Source: a virus. From it: 64,000 nt of DNA. The stretch lies in the IMG/VR virus record IMGVR_UViG_3300025118_004802, positions 17,822 through 81,821 of that record. One strand, written 5' to 3'. Position 1 is the stretch's first letter. Every line of letters begins with the position of its first letter. The notes under the pieces were generated by a model. It saw nothing but the letters and a program-made list of their open reading frames with translations. It was not told where the DNA came from and did not search any database. The position numbers and the translations under genes are program-made. Of the stretch, positions 60,046 to 64,000 are shown one piece after another.

Positions 60046-60771
60046 TTATAATAAGTATCTTAAATATCCGTATCTTTCATAATCTTCACGATAAAAATCA
60101 TAAATAAGCTCAAGAACAGGCTCACTAAACATTATTTCCGAATGTATAGAATGTATAGAATATAAATCAGCTCCGACGCGGGGCCATGTACCCGTGTGAC
60201 CAGCTAGAAGTGCTATTTCCTTATGGTGAGAAATACTCTCAAATTTATACACTTTTAAACTTATCTCTTTTGCAAGCTCCAGATCTGGCAAGAGTTCCGT
60301 TTGGGGTCGTGTGTGGTTATCGAGATGATGCCGATTAACCTTACATTCGTTGATTATGTTTTCAGCTGCTAAGTCTAAAGTGGGGATATGCCGGGTCCGT
60401 ATGTGGCGCATACAAGTTGACCGAAGACGATAATGAGGACTTCGTACGACGGTAAAGACCTCGTCAATATGTAAAGGTTTCGCCTTATCAGGGTGCATCC
60501 CCCGGAGATAGCGGTGCATCCGGCTAGGGAGAAGGGTGTTCGCCCGCCCCCCGCACGACAACAAAATTTTATCATCCTTAAGTGCCAAATGAGAGCCCCA
60601 GCCTTGGTTACCTCCAAACTCCAAATGTACAGGTGTTTGAACTTGATCGAACCGCCCGGGAGGGACGTCCCACCCTGCTGCGCCAAAGGCGTCAATCACA
60701 GATTTGCCACCGGTTTTGGGGATGTGGATAAAAAGTACGTTTTTGCCGTTTTTTGTAAATAAAATGGGCAT
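60046..60771 (-). CDS. Sulfotransferase family 2 protein
   Basis: LFIHIPKTGGKS, FTVVRSPH.RL.S, HTRPQ, FYREDYERYGY. Confidence 0.88.
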   Translation of the reverse strand: MPILFTKNGKNVLFIHIPKTGGKSVIDAFGAAGWDVPPGRFDQVQTPVHLEFGGNQGWGSHLALKDDKILLSCGGRANTLLPSRMHRYLRGMHPDKAKPLHIDEVFTVVRSPHYRLRSTCMRHIRTRHIPTLDLAAENIINECKVNRHHLDNHTRPQTELLPDLELAKEISLKVYKFESISHHKEIALLAGHTGTWPRVGADLYSIHSIHSEIMFSEPVLELIYDFYREDYERYGYLRYLL

Positions 60772-60786
60772 CTTATAATAATCAGA

Positions 60787-60954
60787 CTAGTCAGGACTTT
60801 TAAGGTTTAAAGAAAAGCCGACTAGAGAGATGACGCCTGACATATACCAGACGGCTTCAACGAACTCGTTAGTGGCGATGTTGTATTCTTTCCAGGCTCC
60901 TAGAAAGAGGAGCACAAAAACAACAAAAAGAGAAGTACGAAATACTACCGACAT
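60787..60954 (-). CDS. 55-aa two-TM membrane protein (missed by ORF track)
   Basis: MSVVFRTSLFVVFVLLFLGAWKEYNIATNEFVEAVWYMSGVISLVGFSLNLKSPD fills the gap exactly. Confidence 0.5.
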   Translation of the reverse strand: MSVVFRTSLFVVFVLLFLGAWKEYNIATNEFVEAVWYMSGVISLVGFSLNLKSPD

Positions 60955-60996
60955 GATAGCTTCATTATATAATGTTTCTTTTAGTTAGTTAACTAA

Positions 60997-61260
60997 TCAG
61001 TCTTCAATACCGAGTATTTCACCCAGTTCTATTTTATATTGGTAAGCTAGACGGTCGTCGCTACCGTCCGGGTTCCATCGTTTATAAAGTGCTTCAGCAG
61101 CTTCTCTAAGCGTTATGTCACCATGCTCACGGCCCAGGAGTGTATCGGCCACGTTTTTTTGATGCTGGAGGTTCCCGATAGCGCCAATATTCACATCCCA
61201 GCTTGTCTCAGTCAGAGTTTCCTGGATTAGCTGTCGTAATTGTGCGATTGTTGGTTTCAT
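60997..61260 (-). CDS. Leader-family hypothetical protein
   Basis: MKPTIAQLRQLIQETLTE. Confidence 0.7.
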   Translation of the reverse strand: MKPTIAQLRQLIQETLTETSWDVNIGAIGNLQHQKNVADTLLGREHGDITLREAAEALYKRWNPDGSDDRLAYQYKIELGEILGIED

Positions 61261-61583
61261 TATCTCTTTCCTCCGTACTTTCTTCTCAAGCGATCAGGTA
61301 TCGAGTCTAGATCAGAATCACTCACAGGGAGAAACATATCTTCATCGTCATGCATATATTTATCACCCAAACCTAGGCTTTTAAGTACTGAATTAGGCAT
61401 CATCACACCTCCTTGGCGCGCCTCTGACACTTCATATTTCGCGTCGCGCCCTTCTTCCCGGGCAGCTTTGGCACGTGCTTTTTCTCGGCAATCGTTATCG
61501 TTTTTGCCGCATTCATCCTCTGTTAGAGCTTCGATCTCTTCTCGAATGATTTGCTTTAGTCGTTGTTTTGTGATCTTCATCAT
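61260..61583 (-). CDS. Leader-family hypothetical protein
   Basis: MMKITKQRLKQIIREEIEALTE. Confidence 0.75.
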   Translation of the reverse strand: MMKITKQRLKQIIREEIEALTEDECGKNDNDCREKARAKAAREEGRDAKYEVSEARQGGVMMPNSVLKSLGLGDKYMHDDEDMFLPVSDSDLDSIPDRLRRKYGGKR

Positions 61584-62101
61584 TTTGCGCGGGCCAACTT
61601 TCTCTTCGCACCTTGAGGCACTGCGCTGTCAGGCAGATCCGCGTCTGGGATAAAGCGTGATTTGTTGGCACCGGTGAGATTAGCAATTGTGTCAGCGGCC
61701 CTTTCAAGCGGCGCTGACGCCATCTTCGTCGCCATCTTCTCCGCACTCTGCTGTCGCTCCCACGCTCGATCCGTACGGCGGCGTTCGAAATCGCCGTGGG
61801 CGCGGTCGATCATATTATACACCTGATCGTTAAGCTCACCCCACGGCCGCAGGCCTGACTGTCTCTCAAATTTCATTATGGCTTTTCGCGTTGTCGGACC
61901 TAGAACTCCATCTATCGGGACCCCGAGCCATTTCTGGACGTCTTCGACCCTGCGCTTGCGCACCGTCGATTCCTCATCTTCGTCGTAGTCCGGTTGCATC
62001 AACCCGGAAGGGTCTTGGCGTACGTCTTGGCGTTGTTCCTCAAAAACGTTTTCAAGTTCTTCTCGGATGATTTGCTTTAGTCGTTGTTTGGTGATTTTCA
62101 T
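61580..62101 (-). CDS. Leader-family protein with a peptidoglycan-binding domain
   Basis: Start moved to ATG 62101 (TAATG overlap): MKITKQRLKQIIREELENV; VQKWLGVPIDGVLGPTTRKAIMKFERQSGL. Confidence 0.8.
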   Translation of the reverse strand: MKITKQRLKQIIREELENVFEEQRQDVRQDPSGLMQPDYDEDEESTVRKRRVEDVQKWLGVPIDGVLGPTTRKAIMKFERQSGLRPWGELNDQVYNMIDRAHGDFERRRTDRAWERQQSAEKMATKMASAPLERAADTIANLTGANKSRFIPDADLPDSAVPQGAKRKLARAK

Positions 62102-62715
62102 TATGGCCAGTTCTCGCGGTCGGCCTCCTCCTCCGCGCGGAACGCCGCCATCTCGTCCTCCCTCGCCCACCGCCTCGTCCTCGCCTTGTTGACCGCTTGC
62201 GCCATGTTTGCCTGCATCTTTGCGCGCGCAGCTGCCTTGGCTTTAGCTTTTCTGTCTACAGCAGGATCCACGTATCCCGGGCGGCTGTCCGGGTGCAAAT
62301 CTTCATCTGGAATAAAACCTGTCCCGCCGGCGGCATCGCGCTCACGTTCACGGTGGCGCCGACGAGCGTGCGCTCCCCGATCCGAAGCGCCCGAGGGACC
62401 GGTGTCCATGGCAGCGTCGATGTCTAGGATCGGACGTCGAACACGTGGCGCCGACTTCCTGCCGCGCATCGCGGCGAGAGCTCCTGCAGCTTTACGTGCA
62501 TGACCTTTCCGTGCCCCGGTCTCGGGATCCAAGTCCTCGTCGTCTATAATCCTGGCAATCCGGCCTTCAGGGCCCGTGTCGGAGGGGTAACCATATCCCT
62601 CTTCATCTGGGGCCCACACCTCGCGGTCGCCCATACTCTGGACTCCGTCGCTTAAAAGAACGTTTTCGAGTTCTTCTCGAATGATTTGTTTTAGTCGTTG
62701 TTTTGTTATTTTCAT
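62101..62715 (-). CDS. Leader-family low-complexity protein
   Basis: MKITKQRLKQIIREELENV; R/A/D-rich body. Confidence 0.75.
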   Translation of the reverse strand: MKITKQRLKQIIREELENVLLSDGVQSMGDREVWAPDEEGYGYPSDTGPEGRIARIIDDEDLDPETGARKGHARKAAGALAAMRGRKSAPRVRRPILDIDAAMDTGPSGASDRGAHARRRHRERERDAAGGTGFIPDEDLHPDSRPGYVDPAVDRKAKAKAAARAKMQANMAQAVNKARTRRWAREDEMAAFRAEEEADRENWP

Positions 62716-62730
62716 CAGTTCACCCCGTGA

Positions 62731-63147
62731 TTATTTTTGTCCTAAAGTATATGTGTCTTCCCTAAGAAGTTCAATTACTTCCATAAGATAATTATGAAGT
62801 TCAGCATCATCTATAATATCATTAATTTTACCTTCTATCATATCTCTTATATCTTCGGCCAAGTCCTCAATAGATAAATCTTCGGCCAAGTCCTCAATAG
62901 ATAAATCTTCTTCCGCTTCCGCTTCTGGTTCTGATTGGCCAGAATCCTGCACTTTGCCGCGGCCTAGGCCCGCTGTTCGTCGGAGTTGATCCATCTTCTT
63001 GTTTAAGCCGGGCGGAGCCAACACATCGCCAAGGTCTGAGTCTTCGACAACTTCGCTTAGGGGCGTCAGTGTATCATCCAAATCATCACGTATAGCTGTT
63101 TCTTCCAAGAAATAGCGGGGGTCAATTCTTTTTCTGTTTTTTTTCAC
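62731..63147 (-). CDS. Acidic hypothetical protein
   Basis: MKKNRKRIDPRYFLEE; AAGGA RBS. Confidence 0.65.
   Translation of the reverse strand: MKKNRKRIDPRYFLEETAIRDDLDDTLTPLSEVVEDSDLGDVLAPPGLNKKMDQLRRTAGLGRGKVQDSGQSEPEAEAEEDLSIEDLAEDLSIEDLAEDIRDMIEGKINDIIDDAELHNYLMEVIELLREDTYTLGQK
62851..62910. repeat. Perfect 27-bp tandem duplication (2.2 copies)
   Basis: atcttcggccaagtcctcaatagataa twice, encoding EDLSIEDLA twice. Confidence 0.95.
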
Positions 63148-63180
63148 TGTGCTGGTTCCTTGTTAAATACCTATGGTCTC

Positions 63181-63603
63181 TTAAGGGATGTCGTCCCCGC
63201 CGGTGATTCCCCAGTTGTGCAAAGCGCTGAAGGCCACGCGCGTGGCTGTGACGTCCTCCGGGGATAAATGATCGAGAAACCAGTCCTCACTCAGCAACAA
63301 ATCCAGCGTGTGGATCGCGTCATCAATGAGGGGCTGTATTTTGGCTTGTACTCGGGCAGAGGCTGATGTCTGAAGGGACGACGCGTGCTCGCCTCGGGGC
63401 CCCACCGATATCTGAGCGCTGCCGTCGGGGTCGCGCTTGATGTAGGAGAGCGGTTCACTTACGTGCGGACCTCCGGATCCGCGCTTCCTTCGTTGTGGGC
63501 CACCGGCGCCGGTCATCTCCGGCCGCGATGTCCCGATCTCCTTAATAAGTGCGCTGGTCTCTTCCTTAATCAGTCGTCGAAGGCTTTGTTTTGTAATTTT
63601 CAT
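63181..63603 (-). CDS. Leader-family hypothetical protein
   Basis: Start moved to ATG 63603 behind AGGAG: MKITKQSLRRLIKEETSALIKE. Confidence 0.75.
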   Translation of the reverse strand: MKITKQSLRRLIKEETSALIKEIGTSRPEMTGAGGPQRRKRGSGGPHVSEPLSYIKRDPDGSAQISVGPRGEHASSLQTSASARVQAKIQPLIDDAIHTLDLLLSEDWFLDHLSPEDVTATRVAFSALHNWGITGGDDIP

Positions 63604-63688
63604 TATGGGATCTCCTATCCTCATATAAATAGGTCCAAGATGTTGAAATCACCAGAAATTGAACCAGAAATTTTTTTTCCCAGATTTT

Positions 63689-64000
63689 TTATTCCGACCC
63701 ATTTCCCTTAAGCACATTCTCCTTAGCACTCAACGGTCGCATGTTATCCAAAGACCAGCATTCTTGGCATTGAGGGTCACCCAAGGTGGTATACTCGAAA
63801 TCAGTGCGAGGCCTAATATGATCAATTTGCCAAGTATACCGCTCGGGCTTAAGTTGGCCATGGTTATCCCAGTTCATGTTCTCATCGAATTGAGATTCCA
63901 GATGCTCCGTCAATTCTTTGGCGGTATAAGGCAAGCTATCCCATATGGAGCCTACAGACAAGTCGGTTGCATATGCGTCTCGATGTATTGATATCTCACT
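63689..64000 (-). CDS. HNH-like endonuclease, 5' end outside the window
   Basis: HLESQFDENMNWDNHG...WQIDHIRP...NMRPLSAKENVLKG; frame open to 64000. Confidence 0.8.
   Translation of the reverse strand, partial: SEISIHRDAYATDLSVGSIWDSLPYTAKELTEHLESQFDENMNWDNHGQLKPERYTWQIDHIRPRTDFEYTTLGDPQCQECWSLDNMRPLSAKENVLKGNGSE

Noticed and set aside
55667-60954. Small membrane proteins near the SLT gene as a holin/spanin cassette
   Set aside because: Topologies are compatible but there is no family motif or canonical arrangement, so they are left as hypothetical
61536-62715. Spaced ~50-nt repeats as a CRISPR array, attC sites or DGR repeats
   Set aside because: Repeats are coding gene starts, non-palindromic, 500-600 bp apart, vary only synonymously, and there is no integrase or reverse transcriptase in the window
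1-64000. Stop-codon reassignment
   Set aside because: Conserved genes are full length in the standard code, TAA, TAG and TGA all end genes, and no suppressor tRNA was seen

Overview
This window is part of a large contractile-tailed (T4-like or jumbo) phage genome, not a cellular chromosome. All credible genes lie on the minus strand and many have overlapping stop/start codons. From left to right: (1) <1-20 kb is a baseplate module. It holds a >2140-aa gp7-like/LamG protein that the ORF track missed, a DNRLRE-like protein, gp6, gp25, a 2314-aa orphan, a spike and an amidase fusion, followed by a gp55-like sigma factor. (2) 21.7-37.1 kb is a 16-gene nucleotide-sugar and glycosyltransferase cluster with nadE embedded. 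(3) 37-46.6 kb holds a Cas4-like nuclease, PhoH, proteases, a myxobacterial MtsC-like surface protein, ClpP, tRNA-Leu(UAA), a D-arm-less tRNA-like RNA with a UAU anticodon, tmRNA, and an unannotated ~120-nt hairpin RNA. The RNA genes sit behind sigma70-type promoters. (4) 46.6-63.6 kb is an array of unrelated proteins that share an amphipathic leader (MKITKQRLKQIIREE and variants). Their cargo includes nucleotidyltransferase, HAD, kinase, peptidase and peptidoglycan-binding domains, and the leader also occurs inside genes as an RBS+ATG cassette. The best candidate new systems are this leader-tagged cargo array, [ST]GS-rich baseplate proteins paired with the glycan cluster, and the non-canonical RNAs. 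All family calls come from motif recognition by eye; no searches were run.
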